Made by a program: the position numbers and the translations under genes. Source: Eledone cirrhosa (lineage: Eukaryota). From it: a stretch of DNA of 64,000 nt. The stretch's first letter is position 1, and each line of letters opens with the position of its first letter. Positions 28,334 through 45,091 of the stretch are shown here, one piece after another. A model generated the notes under the pieces. It was not told the DNA's origin. It searched no databases and saw only the letters and a list, made by a program, of their open reading frames with translations. Location of the stretch: contig OZ024753.1 of assembly GCA_964016885.1 (NCBI GenBank), positions 40,300,001 to 40,364,000 of the forward strand. Direction: 5' to 3'.

Positions 28334-28484
28334 CATTATTTCTGAAGACGGCATATATGTGTGTTTGGTATGTATATTTAATCTTGATAGTTTGTATAAT
28401 TTTGTATAATTTTGTACATAGATCTGTTGAATATGCATGCCAATTCTAACACATATATATCCTAGAAACGATCGTTAAATAATG
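28334..28484 (+). ncRNA. Hammerhead motif with long stem II (family F)
   Basis: CATTATTT-CTGAAGA-(~115 nt, catatatgtg..cacatatata)-GAAA-CGATCG-TT-AAATAATG; 8-bp perfect stem I. Confidence 0.65.
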
Positions 28485-28680
28485 AACTTTTTTTGTTTAA
28501 TATAAGGAACTGTTTCATTGTTTTATTCATTATTTGTTTAATATTTTATCTTGACTCTGTATTCCGTTTATCTTTCACCGAAAGTGATTTTTCATTACAT
28601 CTCTTCTTTCCATGATATCCGGAATACATTGAGTTCTTCATACGGATTGGACACTACCGTAAACTCTTGGTAGATTTATC

Positions 28681-28758
<78 letters not shown>

Positions 28759-29068
28759 GTCCTATATATTGAACCATGTACGAAATATTTCATATTTATA
28801 TTTATAAAATGAATTTACATTTTAGGCAATATATTTCTGTTGCACAGTATTTAAAAAAATATATATGTGTATATGCATACACACGCACAAACACATACAC
28901 ACTCACGTATGTAGACAACGAAGACAAAATATATTGTTACACATAGACGGACGCGAAAGTTTAGGTAATTATTTTTGTAACTAAATATTATTAAGAGATA
29001 CTTGAAAAAATGAGACCGAAAACAGTATATATGTACATATGTATATACATATGTATATAAATAAATAA

Positions 29069-29171
<103 letters not shown>

Positions 29172-29329
29172 CATTATTGAAAAGATGACATTAATGAAAA
29201 AATGAGATGGACAATTCTATTTTTAAAAAAGTTTTATAAAGTATACAAAGTATATAAAGTATTACCGGTTTCGATGTATTATTAAAATTCATCTTATCAA
29301 ATGTCGAGTATTGAAATAAAATCTCTCTC

Positions 29330-29381
<52 letters not shown>

Positions 29382-29582
29382 AATATATATATAGTAATAA
29401 TTGTTTCTGCTTTTAGGCAAAGCAAAATACCCAGTGTATTACTGGTACTTTATTTTATCGACCCCGTAAGGATGAAAGGCAAAGTTAACCTCGGCGAGAT
29501 TTGAACTCATATCGTAAAGGGACGTAAATATGCTGGGACGCATGTCCGATAAATACAAAGACCGAAATCCAAAGAGGACTCA

Positions 29583-29647
<65 letters not shown>

Positions 29648-29659
29648 TATATGTGTGTT

Positions 29660-29713
<54 letters not shown>

Positions 29714-29858
29714 TGTGTGAGGGTGAGAGAGACTTACGGTGAAAGAGAGAGTGTCTGGTGTATATTCATATTACATTTACGTTTTACACTTCGTCGATAT
29801 TATTCCAGAAGAAACAAAATATTTCGCGTGTATTTAACCATACACACAAACACACTCA

Positions 29859-29895
<37 letters not shown>

Positions 29896-30228
29896 GTACA
29901 CATACACACACTCACGCTCATACACACTGGGACACACACAGACAGACACTAGCCAGAAACGTGAAATTTCTATAGAGCTTGTTTAATTGTCATTAACTGA
30001 GGCGTGTTAGTTTGTCGTCATTGTTGATGACAAACTAGATATGTAGTCAAGCGTGATTTGTATGTATATATATGTATATATATGTGTGTATATTTTGATG
30101 TATGAATGTATGTATGTATATTTGTTTGTATATATGTATGTATTTATGTTGATATGTTTGTAAATATGTATGTATGTAGGTATATACATATGTATATATA
30201 TATATATGTATGTAGGTGTATACATATG

Positions 30229-30269
<41 letters not shown>

Positions 30270-30572
30270 ACAATATGTTGAAAAGGTAACACACTAGAGA
30301 GAGATAGTGCGCCATCAATACAACAGGGAAAACCACCAGTGTATGGAAATTATAATCTATGGAAGGCAGGGTAGACACACAATAATTAAAAAGTATATAC
30401 ACACCTCTATAACTATATAATACACGCGTACAAATCCAAAGAGATCTGTTTCGCCAGGAAGTTGTTGACTGAAATGGAATAGCCTATGGTTCATCAGCAC
30501 ATGCAAGACTATACATTCCAGACAACTCTAAGAGAATCTAAAGCGACCGTCCAGCTACACGCGGCAGAGAGA

Positions 30573-30671
<99 letters not shown>

Positions 30672-30717
30672 ATATGTATGTATATATGTTTTTATGTATG
30701 TATATCTTTAATCTTAA

Positions 30718-30885
30718 ACGTTTTAACACGAAGTCCAAGACATTCGGCACACTTGTTAGAGAGTTCCTGTATGCTGCTGGTACAGTTTATTTTGCACTCT
30801 CTGTAGACGACATGCAGTTGATATTGGACACCTTCTTCAATGCATGCACTGTGTTTGGGCTAAAGACAAAGGTCATATACATTCC
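30718..30885 (+). pseudogene. RTE reverse transcriptase fragment
   Basis: KSKT..LVREFLYAAG..ALSVDDMQLILDTFFNACTVFGL; degenerate YADD region of BovB/RTE-like RT. Confidence 0.7.
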
Positions 30886-31899
30886 ATTAGTTGGGGTAGT
30901 GTATGTGACCGCAACCCAATGAAAAAATCAGTTAAGAGAACTTGATAAATAACACAAAACATTTATCTTTTAAAGTAAATTTAACAATAATTGTTTCTAC
31001 TTTCGACACAAGGCCAGCAATTATCCCAGTGTATTACTGGTACATTACTTTATCGACCCCGTAAGGATGAAAGGCAAAGTTAACCTTGGCGGGATTTGAA
31101 CTCAGACCATAAAGGGCCGTAACTCTTTGCTGCAAAGCATGGCATCAGACATTCTACCGATACTGCCAATCCACCGCCCTTAATTTAATAATAATGTTAT
31201 AGCATAAGGCAGTGTCAGATCTAATATAATTATAATGATACTTTATGGTTAACATATAGGAAAAAATAAAACAGTTTTCAGAAAGCAGGGCCCGATCAAT
31301 TACGTAAATATTTAACGTGGGTGCTATTTTAACTTACAACTTTAAAAGTATAATGTATTCCGTCTAACTTCAATTGTATATAGATCTCTCTACTATAGTT
31401 TCGTATGGGGAAGAATTCTTATTGTAATCACCAATAATTGAAGAATCCACATACTCTTCTTCTTTGCCCATATATTTTTTGAAAGATAATCATTCCCAAC
31501 TGTTAAACAAAAAAATCAGTTTTGCATGTGTGGGCAGTCTTCTTTATTTTCTCTTTCCCCTCGTCCTTACACTGTATGATAGATGAGATAATCTACCCTT
31601 TTATTTATCAGATATCTTGAAGTATAGTTTTTATATTTTATTATTTATTTGAAATGTTAAGGGTGGTGGATTGGCAGTATTGGTAGAGGGTCGGACGCCA
31701 TGCTTTGCAGCAAAGAGTTACGGCCCTTTATGGTCTGAGTTCAAATCCCGCCGAGGTTAACTTTGCCTTTCAGCTTTAGGGGTCGATAACGTACTGGGGT
31801 CGATTTAATCGACTTTCCCCTCCTCCAAAATTGCTGTCCTTGTGCCTCTACTAGAAATCATTATTTATTTGAAATGTCATTCTCTGCGTGTCTGAATCT

Positions 31900-32375
31900 A
31901 ACTCTCTCTCCCTGTCTCTCTCCCCCATCTCTCCCTCTCCCTGTCTCTCTCCCCCATCTCTCTCTCCCTGTCTCTCTCCCCCATCTCTCTCCCTGTCTCT
32001 CTCCCCCATCTCTCTCCCCCCATCTCTCTCCCCCATCTCTCTCCCTGTCTCTCTCCCTGTCTCTCTCTCCCTGTCTCTCTCCCCTCTAAATCTATCTTTC
32101 TCTCCCTCTCCTTCTCTTCCTCTTACCCCCTATCTCTCTCTCTCTCTCTATCTATCTATCATTCCCGGCTCTCTACCTCTCTATTTCTCTCTCTCGGTTT
32201 TGCACTCTCACTCTCTATCACTCCATCCCCCCCTCTCTACCTCTATACTTCTCTCTCTCGGTCTTGCTCTCTTACTCTCTATCACTCCATCTCCCCCATC
32301 TCTCTACCTCTATATTTCTCTCTCTCGGTCTTGCTCTCTCACTCTCTATCACTCCATCTCACTCCGCCCCACACT
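31900..32375. repeat. CT-rich low-complexity minisatellite
   Basis: Reiterated ccctgtctctct / ccccatctctct units. Confidence 0.85.
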
Positions 32376-32650
32376 CTCACTGTTTGCTTTGTCATATATA
32401 TTATTTATTTATTTATGTATTTGTATTGTATTTATTTATCTATTTATCCCCTTCTTCTTCTTTATGTTTTACAGTTCAGTTTGTCGTCTCACACACTGTT
32501 GGTAGTTGTGACATCTCGTGTGATATCTCGTGTGACTTTCTGGAGATAATTGCAGTTAATACACTCTAAGAGGGTTAACATCTCTGTATATCCGGCAAAT
32601 ATTTTAAAGATTTGTAAACCCATCCCACACACATTCCCTTTCTCAATCTA

Positions 32651-32708
<58 letters not shown>

Positions 32709-32744
32709 TATATGTATATATATATGTATACATATATATGTATA

Positions 32745-32946
<202 letters not shown>

Positions 32947-33020
32947 TATATGTATATATATATACATATATATGTATATATATATATACATATATATATA
33001 TACATATATATATGTATATA

Positions 33021-33087
<67 letters not shown>

Positions 33088-33092
<5 letters not shown>

Positions 33093-33532
33093 TAATAAAT
33101 GGAAACTATATTTATAAAACCATATTTATTTTATTATACATATTTCAAGGGCAACCAAGGCAAATTATGGTGCGCTTTCATCAGATAAAATACAGATTTG
33201 TTTTATAAATAAATATTGACATACCCGGGAAAAAGATAACAACGGTTGGAGCCTCCTGGACTATCCAGTAGGCTCCAACCGTTAGGGTTGTCTTTTTTCG
33301 GGGTATATCAATATTTATTTATATAATAAATCTGTATTTTATCTGATGAAAGCGTACCATAATTTGCCTTGTTTGCCCTTGAAATATATATAATAAAATA
33401 AATATGGTTTTATAAATATAGTTTCCATTTATTAATATATTGTGTATTTACTCCACTAACTTGTTGAGTGCTTTATATCAGTTATACAAATGTTTAAGCT
33501 TGTTGAATCCCAACAAATTAAATATAACCTCT
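33088..33532. mobile_element. Family C fold-back with two hammerheads (33127-33192 minus, 33335-33400 plus)
   Basis: TATTTTAT-CTGATGA..GAAA-TATATA-TA-ATAAAATA with 8-bp perfect stem I; ~165-bp arms plus tail. Confidence 0.72.
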
Positions 33533-33778
33533 GCATATATATATAGACAGAGAGAGAGAGAGTGAGAGTGAGAGAGAGAGAGAGAGATGGAGAAAGAGAG
33601 AGAGAGAGTGAGCGAGATGTATAGATATGTACCTACCAAGATCACAAGATGTGAAGATATTACACAGACAGACCCGCGCACACAGACACATATATAAATA
33701 GATACATATACACACATATATATACATATATGTATATATATAAATATTTATATACATATATATATGTGTGGGTATACA

Positions 33779-33832
<54 letters not shown>

Positions 33833-33925
33833 GATATACATATATGTATATATATACATATATATATGTGTGTGGATATACATATTTGTATATATACATT
33901 TATATATATATATATACACATATAT

Positions 33926-34006
<81 letters not shown>

Positions 34007-34219
34007 TATATACATATATATATATACATATATATATATATATGCATACATATATATATATATAAAAATACACACATACTCACACACCTACACACACATA
34101 TATATACATATATGTATATATATATATATATATATGTGTGTGTGGATATACATATTTGTATATATATATATATATATATACATATATATACATATATATA
34201 TACATATATACATATATAC

Positions 34220-34276
<57 letters not shown>

Positions 34277-34324
34277 TACATACATATATATATATATATA
34301 AATACACACATACACACACACACT

Positions 34325-34373
<49 letters not shown>

Positions 34374-34651
34374 GTATTCGTATGTCCATGTTTATGCATG
34401 AGGTTGTATGTATATATGTGTATTGTATAATAGAAATGCACCTGCTGTTATTGTCTTTAACTTGACCCAGTTTAAAATGCTATTATGAGTGGTTGTGACC
34501 TTAAAAACAATCAAGTCAGCAACAGACTACACGGAAACATTCACAATACCACCACATACACACATCTGTATATATACAGACGTACTCATTGATATATATA
34601 TATATATACATACATACACAGGCACGAACACACAAATATATATATATATGG

Positions 34652-34689
<38 letters not shown>

Positions 34690-34780
34690 GTAGATATATA
34701 AACACATATATGTACATAAATGTACATATGTATATATGTATGTATATGTATATATGTATATGAATATATATATATATATT

Positions 34781-34841
<61 letters not shown>

Positions 34842-34986
34842 TAGCATTAAAGCCCGGCGTTGCTCGGGGTCATTAAGTTACCAAAGTTATGTTGCACCAC
34901 TCATTTTATGGCAGCACATTTTGTCTTATTCACAATACCACCACATACACATATCTGTATATCTGTATATATACAGTCGTACTCAT

Positions 34987-35071
<85 letters not shown>

Positions 35072-35090
35072 CACAGACACGAACACACAA

Positions 35091-35122
<32 letters not shown>

Positions 35123-35916
35123 GTATATATATGTGTATATATATAAGATATGGAGGAGAGTTAGCTGCTGTTTCTAGCAGGTTTAGTGACCTCATAGAAG
35201 ATATGTTTTCTAAATTTAAGACAGTAGGGAGGGATGTGGTATGGGGGAGAGTTAGCTGCTGTTTCTAGTAGGTTTAGTGATCTCATAGAGGATATTATTG
35301 TTTATCATTATCTATAAAAGGCAGATTGTTGTTGTTGTTGTTGAAGTGAGTGTGTGTTTGTATGCGTTTGGAAAAGAGGTTTTAAAAAAGATTTATCGCT
35401 TGTTGTTGAATAAATGTATCTGTTGCTTTTGAATAATTGTCGTTTCGTATGAAATGTAATAATTTGAAGTATAAAACAGAAAGTAGCAAAATGTGTGGGT
35501 TGTAGATAGAGTTGAGCAGATGATATGACAGAGTAATACGGACAGTATTACCATCAAGCTTGGAAAGAGAAAGTAGCAGAAAGTATGAAGTTGTATAGAT
35601 TTTGAATGGTAGTGGAAAGAGTTTAGCAGTTTAAATGACAGAGAAAAATCGTAAAATATTGAGTTTTATCTATTTTTTGCGTAATTGTGGGTGAAATTGA
35701 AAAAATGAGATGTGCCAAGACGCAATCGAAACTATTTCGAATACTAAATTGTAAATTTCAATTGAAGAAATTCTATATCGTAGATTTCTATAAGAAAGGA
35801 GCATGACCACACACTGAGCTTTATAGATTATGATATATATATATATGGGTGTGTGTGTGTATATATATATACACACATATATGTATATATATATATATAT
35901 ATATGTATGTATATAT

Positions 35917-36487
35917 ATGGTGGCTGCCAACTCGTTTTCGAGTACGGCCACTACTTTATATCCATGTAGGAGAATCCCTACTGATGCGCTGAACGAGTGT
36001 GAGTTTTTAGTCCAGCCAGCGACTTGAAAACTCTGATACAAACACTACACTTGTACCATGTGACGACAAGTGCAGAGAGATCTCCAGATATAAAGCAATG
36101 CCTGTGCTGTGAAGCTTTTATAGTGAGCAAAGGCACTGCACAAAGCCAGTCCCACTCTCTTAACCAAGATGATATTTACCAAAAAGAAGAACAAGTCAAC
36201 ATTATTGGATACCATCAGGGTTGCAGGTGTTATATCAGAGTTTTCCTTCTAGAATTCTGCCTTGACAAAGGCTAAGGGTGATCTCTCCCGGTGATTTTGG
36301 ATGGCCATTGACTCTTAAGAGCTCCTTTGCCCTTTGACAGGTTTTGTTTTAGTCCTACAGGATGTCCAAAGTCACCCTCCTCACTAAGGAACATTGGTGG
36401 GGTTGCCAGTTTAGTCGCCAACGACCCGACCATGGGTCAGGTTGTACTGGGATACATGTTACCAGTAGCACCAACTGGTGACCTGAC
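35917..36487 (-). mobile_element. Bipartite RTE-like element copy 3 (small deletion); inverted 3' fragment at 36643-36844
   Basis: Sequence match to 22214-22823. Confidence 0.75.
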
Positions 36488-36575
<88 letters not shown>

Positions 36576-36843
36576 ATATATGTATATATACACCCTTACA
36601 TACACACATAAATAAATAAATAAATACATACATACATACTTACAGGCATTGCTTTATATCTGGAGATCTCTCTGCACTTGTCGTCACATGGTACCATGGG
36701 GCCAGCACTATGTGTCAATAATTGTCACAGGTGTAGTGTTTGTACCAGAGTTTTCAAGTCACACTCGTTCAGCGCATCGGTAGGAGTTCTCCTACATGGA
36801 TATAAAGTAGTGGCCGTACTCGAAAACGAGTTGGCAGCCACCA

Positions 36844-36876
<33 letters not shown>

Positions 36877-36984
36877 TTATTTATATATGTATGTATGTAT
36901 ATATGCATATATTTGTGTGTATGTATGCTACGCTAATGGTGGACCTATCCTACCTTACTGAAAATAATTATCTGACACGTCTCT

Positions 36985-37060
36985 ATTGTTCAGATTGTAA
37001 TAAGGTGTGCTTATCACATGCAAGTCTGAAATCCCTTTCAAGATCACATGATATATACCA
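36985..37060 (+). pseudogene. Degenerate C2H2 finger, probably an RTE ORF end
   Basis: CSDCNKVCLSHASLKSLSRSH. Confidence 0.35.
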
Positions 37061-38111
37061 ATTTACATATGACCTGAACAAATTTTCTATATGTGATGCA
37101 GGTCACCCGGTGGCAGAAGGAAACATAAAGTTCATAGAGCTGGGGAGAATTCTGGGCTTCAGACAGCTTTTATATTTCATTTTCCAAGTTTGATGACAAT
37201 ATTTTCCTTTTTGATTTTTTTAATTCACTGGTGACCATTTTCAAGTCTTCCAAAACCGTTGGCATTGTAAAAGAGTGTTATCATCAAACAAAACCTGCCC
37301 CAAAGCTAGTAACAGAGTGAATACTCCGCTAACATCACCCAAGTTTTGGGTGATGTTACCGAGAGTTTGCGTGATGTTACTAAACTATACGACAGATTAA
37401 TTGGGACATCCAATATTAGTCTCTATGTTACTCTGGGGGAACTCAGTTATGTTCAGACGAGCCAAGAGAGGGATGGGCGACGTCAGACTTTAAAAAATAC
37501 ACAAGAAGAGACGGGGAAACGCCTTCTCCATTCTGTCCGTCGGGGCTGTGGGGAGGCCACCAATATGATTGACTGACTTGTAATATTATCAGTCAGATGT
37601 TCTAATGTTCTATATATAAGTAGTAAACCACTATACACAGCATGAAAACATAACGTGAGGGTGTGATCTAGAAACTACTTTGTTTCTATTTCTAGCAGAT
37701 ATAACAACTGTCATTTACACATAGTAAACGTGGTAGTCGTTTATTCCTTGTTCAGCCATGATAGAAGAGCTGGATGACACCAACACGCCACGGCGACTCC
37801 ACGGGAGCTATAGGTTTAGGGGTATGTATATGTTGTTGACAATGACAGTTTGGTAAAATTATCCGTGATTATAATACAGGGTTTCAATTCTATGTTATAA
37901 ACAATTGCAATTATTTTTTTCACTTCAATGGTTTATTCATATTATGTCAATGACCTATATTTTCTATCAATAACCTACATTTTTTGACAATGACCTAAAG
38001 CCTTACTTTCGTTTGTTTTTATCAAGATTCGATTAACCATTTTTAATAAACTGGGTCAGAAATTATTATAACATGATATACACTATTAAAATATTATTGT
38101 CTATGTCACTG

Positions 38112-38297
<186 letters not shown>

Positions 38298-38391
38298 AAA
38301 GGTGTCCCCAATATATATATATACGCACTTTGATAACATGTAGAGGGAATATTTATTAGAATGTTGCTAAGTATGAATTCATATATTTGGG

Positions 38392-38461
<70 letters not shown>

Positions 38462-38463
38462 AC

Positions 38464-38552
<89 letters not shown>

Positions 38553-38799
38553 AATTAAAATAACAGATTAAAGTTTAAGCAAAGAATCGCTGCTTTCACC
38601 CTTAACGGGATCTTCTGAAACTATATATATATATATATATATATATTGTTATACTTTGGGAGGGTCATGTTGCCAATAAGAAACACACGCACCTCGTGCG
38701 TGTGTTTCTTATTGGCAACATGACCCTCCCAAAGTATAACAATATCGGTTTCAACACACGATTTCAGATAAAGAATCTTGCTAAACAAATTCAGAAACG

Positions 38800-38844
<45 letters not shown>

Positions 38845-38851
<7 letters not shown>

Positions 38852-39243
38852 AGATCAAAAGATGGTTAAAGGAGTTCCATGTATTTTATTATGCGCATTT
38901 CAAAAACAAACATCATCATGCAATAATATTTGTGTTTTCATCAGATAAAACAGGAGAACATGATATGAAGGCTAAAAATCACTTGTGGATAGTGCAGTTT
39001 TAAATCAACATATCCACAAGTGTTTTTTAGCCTTCATATCATGTTCTCCTGTTTTATCTGATGAAAACACAAATATTATTGCATGATGATGTTTGTTTTT
39101 GAAATGCGCATAATAAAATACATGGAACTCCTTTAACCATCTTTTGATCTTATATTATGCATACTCCAGTCCTACAACTGTAGAGTGCTTCTTATCCGAT
39201 ATCTGCATTGCTTTATTGTACTACAATAAAACTCACCTCCTAC
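38845..39243. mobile_element. Family D fold-back with two hammerheads (38883-38951 minus, 39051-39119 plus)
   Basis: GTTTTAT-CTGATGA-AAACACAAATATTAT..ATGATGTTTGTTTTT-GAAA-TGCGCA-TA-ATAAAAT. Confidence 0.78.
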
Positions 39244-39887
39244 ATTATATATATATATATATATATATATATGACAAACAATGATAAAAGTAAATAATGC
39301 CTGGCTCTTTGCTAACCCTACAATACAATTTCAACAATGTGCCAACAAAAAGCCTTTGCGTTGTCTCGTCTTATGACCTGCTAAATATGATGGCCGAATT
39401 TCTCTCAAATAACCTCATACTGACATAAAGCTCAAAGAATAGTTCAGGAAAATTGTCACTGATATAACAAAAGACAAAATGTCGTCAGCTGGAACACATT
39501 TGCTCATATATACGACCCTGTTTTGGGGAAACTACGGACTAAACCTTATCCCGCCGAGGTTTACTTTGTCTTTTATCCTTACGGGATCGATAAAATAAAG
39601 TACTAGTAATACACTGGGATAATTGCTGGCCTTATCTGTGAGTAAAAGTGTTCCAGGTGTGGTGGATTGGTAGTATCAGTAGAGGATCGGATGCAATGCT
39701 TTGACGCATAGAGTTACGGCCTTTGACATTCTGAGTTCAAATCCCACCGAAGTTAACTTTGCCTTTCATCCTTACGAGGTCGATAAAATAAAGTACCAGT
39801 AATACACTGGTATAATTGCTGGTCTTGTGCCAAAAGAAGAAACAATTATTATCATCCATATAACCATTTTTATTGCAATCAATGAAA

Positions 39888-40040
39888 GTTCTTGCTTTGT
39901 CGACCTTGAGAAGATATATAACCGCCTTCCTCAGGACCTGCTATGGAAGCTTGTGCAGGAGTATAGGATTGATGGTCAGCTTCTTGCTGCCGTGTTATCT
40001 TTATACGAATGTCCGAATATTTGTGTTTGGATAAATTGTG
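39888..40040 (+). pseudogene. RTE reverse transcriptase fragment
   Basis: SCFVDLEKIYNRLPQDLLWKLVQEYRIDGQLLAAVLSLY. Confidence 0.75.
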
Positions 40041-40491
40041 TTAAATATTATCATAGCAAAATAAATAAATAAAATATAATAGAAATATAAAATAAAATAA
40101 AATAAAATAAAATTTAAAAAAAAAACGAAGAAAAAAAAAAAGGACATCAAAATCAACAAAAACAACAACAAAAACTGGAAAAAATATTAAATAAAAATAT
40201 CAGCAAGAAAAACTAAAAATTATTATATTTACAAATGACACCTTCCAATCCTGATGAAAACAACAACGATAAATATAACCAAGATCACAACAATGAATTA
40301 AACAATAGGTGAATGATAGCACCTTCAAAACACCTTGTTTGATCCACACCTGTGCACAGGTGTGGATGTCTGTCGTTATGTCATTATGTCGTTTTTTGCA
40401 ATAAATCTACATGTAGAGATGAATCAGTCTTACTTTTCCTATTTAAACAATGATACATTAAAGTGTGTATGTGGGTGTGCGTAGATGTAAC

Positions 40492-40578
<87 letters not shown>

Positions 40579-40597
40579 CATATAAATATATATATAT

Positions 40598-41142
40598 GTC
40601 GTTTCTGAATTTGTTTAGCAAGATTCTTTATCTGAAATCGTGTGTTGAAACCGATATTGTTATACTTTGGGAGGGTCATGTTGCCAATAAGAAACACACG
40701 CACCAGTTGCTTTCACTTCAATTTATTATATATTTATAAATTTATAAATTTATAAATTTACAAATCTACAAACTTATAAATTTCTGGTTGTTTATATATA
40801 GTCATAGTCCTTTCGTCACACACTCTGTGACCTCTTCAGTGACTGGGGCATGCGCAAACTGAGCACACAACACACACACAGAAACAAAATGGCGTAGGAC
40901 AGAAGAAAGGAAAGGCACAGAAACAAAGAAAGGAATCCCCAGTCACTGAAGAGGTCACAGAGTGTGTGACGAAAGGACTATGACTATATATAAACAACTA
41001 TCTGGTTGTGGAACCAACCAACCAACCAGAAATTTTATAAGTTTGTAGATTTGTAAATTTATAAATATATAATAAATTGAAGTGAAAGCAACTGGTGCGT
41101 GTGTTTCTTATTGGCAACATGACCCTCCCAAAGTATAACAAT
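40598..41142. mobile_element. Family B fold-back with two hammerheads (40800-40844 minus, 40941-40985 plus)
   Basis: Same motif as 4629-4673 on both arms. Confidence 0.75.
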
Positions 41143-41175
41143 ATATATATATGTATATATATATACTTACATATA

Positions 41176-41248
<73 letters not shown>

Positions 41249-41301
41249 CTGTATATATATATATATATATACTGTGTGTGTAGATGTAACGCATATATAT
41301 T

Positions 41302-41340
<39 letters not shown>

Positions 41341-41585
41341 AAAAGGTAAACAGAAATAACAACACAATCGGTACAGTATATAGAAGGAATATATTAGGTT
41401 AACGCTTGATATAGCAGGAAGAGGGTGTTAACGTTTCGGACGCTAGTCCTTCATCAGAAGAAAGAATGAGAAATAAGATAGATTGAGGGGACGGTCGGGT
41501 TGGAATTGGAAAAAAATGTCTTTAGATAAAAATAACATGTTGACATCTCTTCGAACATTTATATATATATATACACTTACATACA

Positions 41586-41617
<32 letters not shown>

Positions 41618-41916
41618 GCTCACAAAAACAAGATAATGTAGGACAGAATAAAGGCGGGACACAAAGTAACAAATTAGTCACTGAGGAGCTCACAAAATGT
41701 GTGACGAAAGAGATTTGCTAATAAACAAATAAAAATCCATCCGGTCATTAAACCAACCAACTGAAAGTTTATTCTAAATTAAAGTGAATACCAACAGGTG
41801 CGTGTGTTTTTACTGGCAACATGACCCTCCTAAAGCATAACAATATTTCAACACACGTTTTCAGATAAGAAATCCTGGAAAATAAATTAAAAAACGAAGT
41901 ATATATATATATATAT

Positions 41917-42190
41917 ATTGGTAAACGGAATAGAAAATGCTGACTGACAAATTGTTCACAGTTGAAAAATGGTTTAATTAGGAATAAAAGAGTATTAGTG
42001 ATTGTATGGGTTAGTATTCAGTTGTGGTTTAAAACTTAAAAACTTAAAACCACAACTGAATACTAACCCATACAATCACTAATACTCTTTTATTCCTAAT
42101 TAAACCATTTTTCAACTGTGAACAATTTGTCAGCATTTTCTATTCCGTTTACCAATATATAATAACTTGTGTGTTACACCTCTATTCTTT

Positions 42191-42195
<5 letters not shown>
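41917..42195. mobile_element. Fold-back module in (TA)n; a second one at 42410-42548
   Basis: ~120-bp near-perfect inverted arms plus tail; no ribozyme core retained. Confidence 0.55.
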
Positions 42196-42288
<93 letters not shown>

Positions 42289-42542
42289 ATTTAGTATATC
42301 TACTAACATATGCGTACAGATCTACGCTAATGCTAGCAAATACATAAGTTATGTCATAGTACCTAGGTGGTTCAATGCAGGAGGATGCAGAACAATAATA
42401 TAAAAGACGTAAAATAAGAAAATTTTAAAAAAATTAAAAAAATTAACTTACTTACTAAAATGTTCACTCCAACTAATTAGTTTCTGCAATTTTAGTAAGT
42501 AAGTTAATTTTTTAAATTTTTTTAAAATTTTCTTATTTTACT

Positions 42543-42587
<45 letters not shown>

Positions 42588-42693
42588 CGTGTCTATCTCT
42601 ACACCTCGATACTGACATGAACGTAAACATCGAGTGCTCACCTGAGTGAACCTACTGTAACTTCCCGTTACACTCCCTGGATATATATATATA

Positions 42694-42744
<51 letters not shown>

Positions 42745-42771
42745 CTATCTATATATATATATATATATATA

Positions 42772-43200
42772 CAATATTAAATAAATGGAAAACTATATTT
42801 ATAAAACCATATCTATTTCATTATATATATTTCGGGGATATCATATTAACAATATGCTATGCCTTCATCAGACAAAATACAATATAAACAGTTTTATAGA
42901 TAAATATATTCGACATACCGTAATAAACATCAACTTCATTAAATGAAGTTGATGTTTATTACGGTATGTCGAATATATTTATCTATAAAACTGTTTATAT
43001 TGTATTTTGTCTGATGAAGGCATAGCATATTGTTAATATGATATCCCCGAAATATATATAATGAAATAGATATGGTTTTATAAATATAGTTTTCCATTTA
43101 TTTAATATTGTAAATATACTCCAAATATTTGTCGAGTGCTTTTATATCAGTTATAAATATTTACTAGTTGTAACCCAACAATTTTAAATATAACTTTACA
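42772..43200. mobile_element. Family C fold-back with two hammerheads (42814-42879 minus, 43003-43068 plus)
   Basis: Near-perfect ~165-bp palindrome centred at ~42941, plus tail. Confidence 0.75.
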
Positions 43201-43649
43201 TGTATATATATATATATATATGTATATATATTTATATATGCAGTAATATGGAATAAATAAAATGCGTAGAAATTAGTAAATGAAACCCGGGTATGCTTCG
43301 AAGGGTTATTTTTAACGGTGTTGGTGGGGGTTATAATTTCTTCGATGGTGACGGGATTCCTCTGTGTGTGGGCATCTTTACTTTGTTACCAGCTTTGCTC
43401 TGTAAAGCAATTTGCCATCTAAACCGACTGAGACACCAATGGTTACGGTCACGTCGTATTCCTTTTACTGCTGTGGTACGTTACTAGGAACTCTGAAATC
43501 TGGGAGTCAAAACCTCAAAACAAAGGCCATTTGCTTTCAAAACTCCGATAAAAAAAAAAGGTTCGATCGACTTTCGTCAAATCGGACCGAGGAAACAATG
43601 TTTCCGTTGGTCTTTCCAGTTGCTAGTACTATCTATCGATCGCAACTCC

Positions 43650-43775
43650 AAGTAGAAGGAGCAACGTGAAATAAAGTGTCTTGCTCAAGGACATAACGTA
43701 TCGCCCGGTCCAGGAATCGAACTCACAACCTCAAGATTGTGAATCCAATTCTCTAACCACTCAGCTACACGTCTT
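43650..43775 (-). mobile_element. Second tRNA-SINE family, 5' part
   Basis: Minus strand tagctgagtggttagag (A-box), gagttcgattcc (B-box), then tgtccttgagcaagacacttta. Confidence 0.7.
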
Positions 43776-44240
43776 CACAACTCAGATAAGGCATGGGTTA
43801 AAATCCCCAAAACTAGACAACATCATTTACGTTTCTGATTTTCATTGCAAGAGTAGAGATAAATACAAAATACTCTTTGTTTTCGCATCTAAGAGCAATG
43901 GCGTCAGACTTCTTTCCTCATATTCTAACATGTTTCCACCATTAACAGCAAGCATCATATTCAAGCAGAAGAACTAACAGGATCTCATGGATATATACCG
44001 CATTCAAACACCGGCTAATTTCTGGCTGTATTATGTTCAAGACAGTAATCTGACTTATACAATGAGAAGTGCTCAGTGCTACATATATGACAAGTGATAC
44101 TAAAAGAGATCAGATTGCAAGTGTTCCACTTATGAATCACACTTTTAGCCTCAGAGTTACGACATCCATAAGGACATTCTTCTTTCAGAGACAATAAATG
44201 GCTCAGATGCTGGAAGAGGTGGAATAGTCCTTCTTTAAAA

Positions 44241-45091
<851 letters not shown>

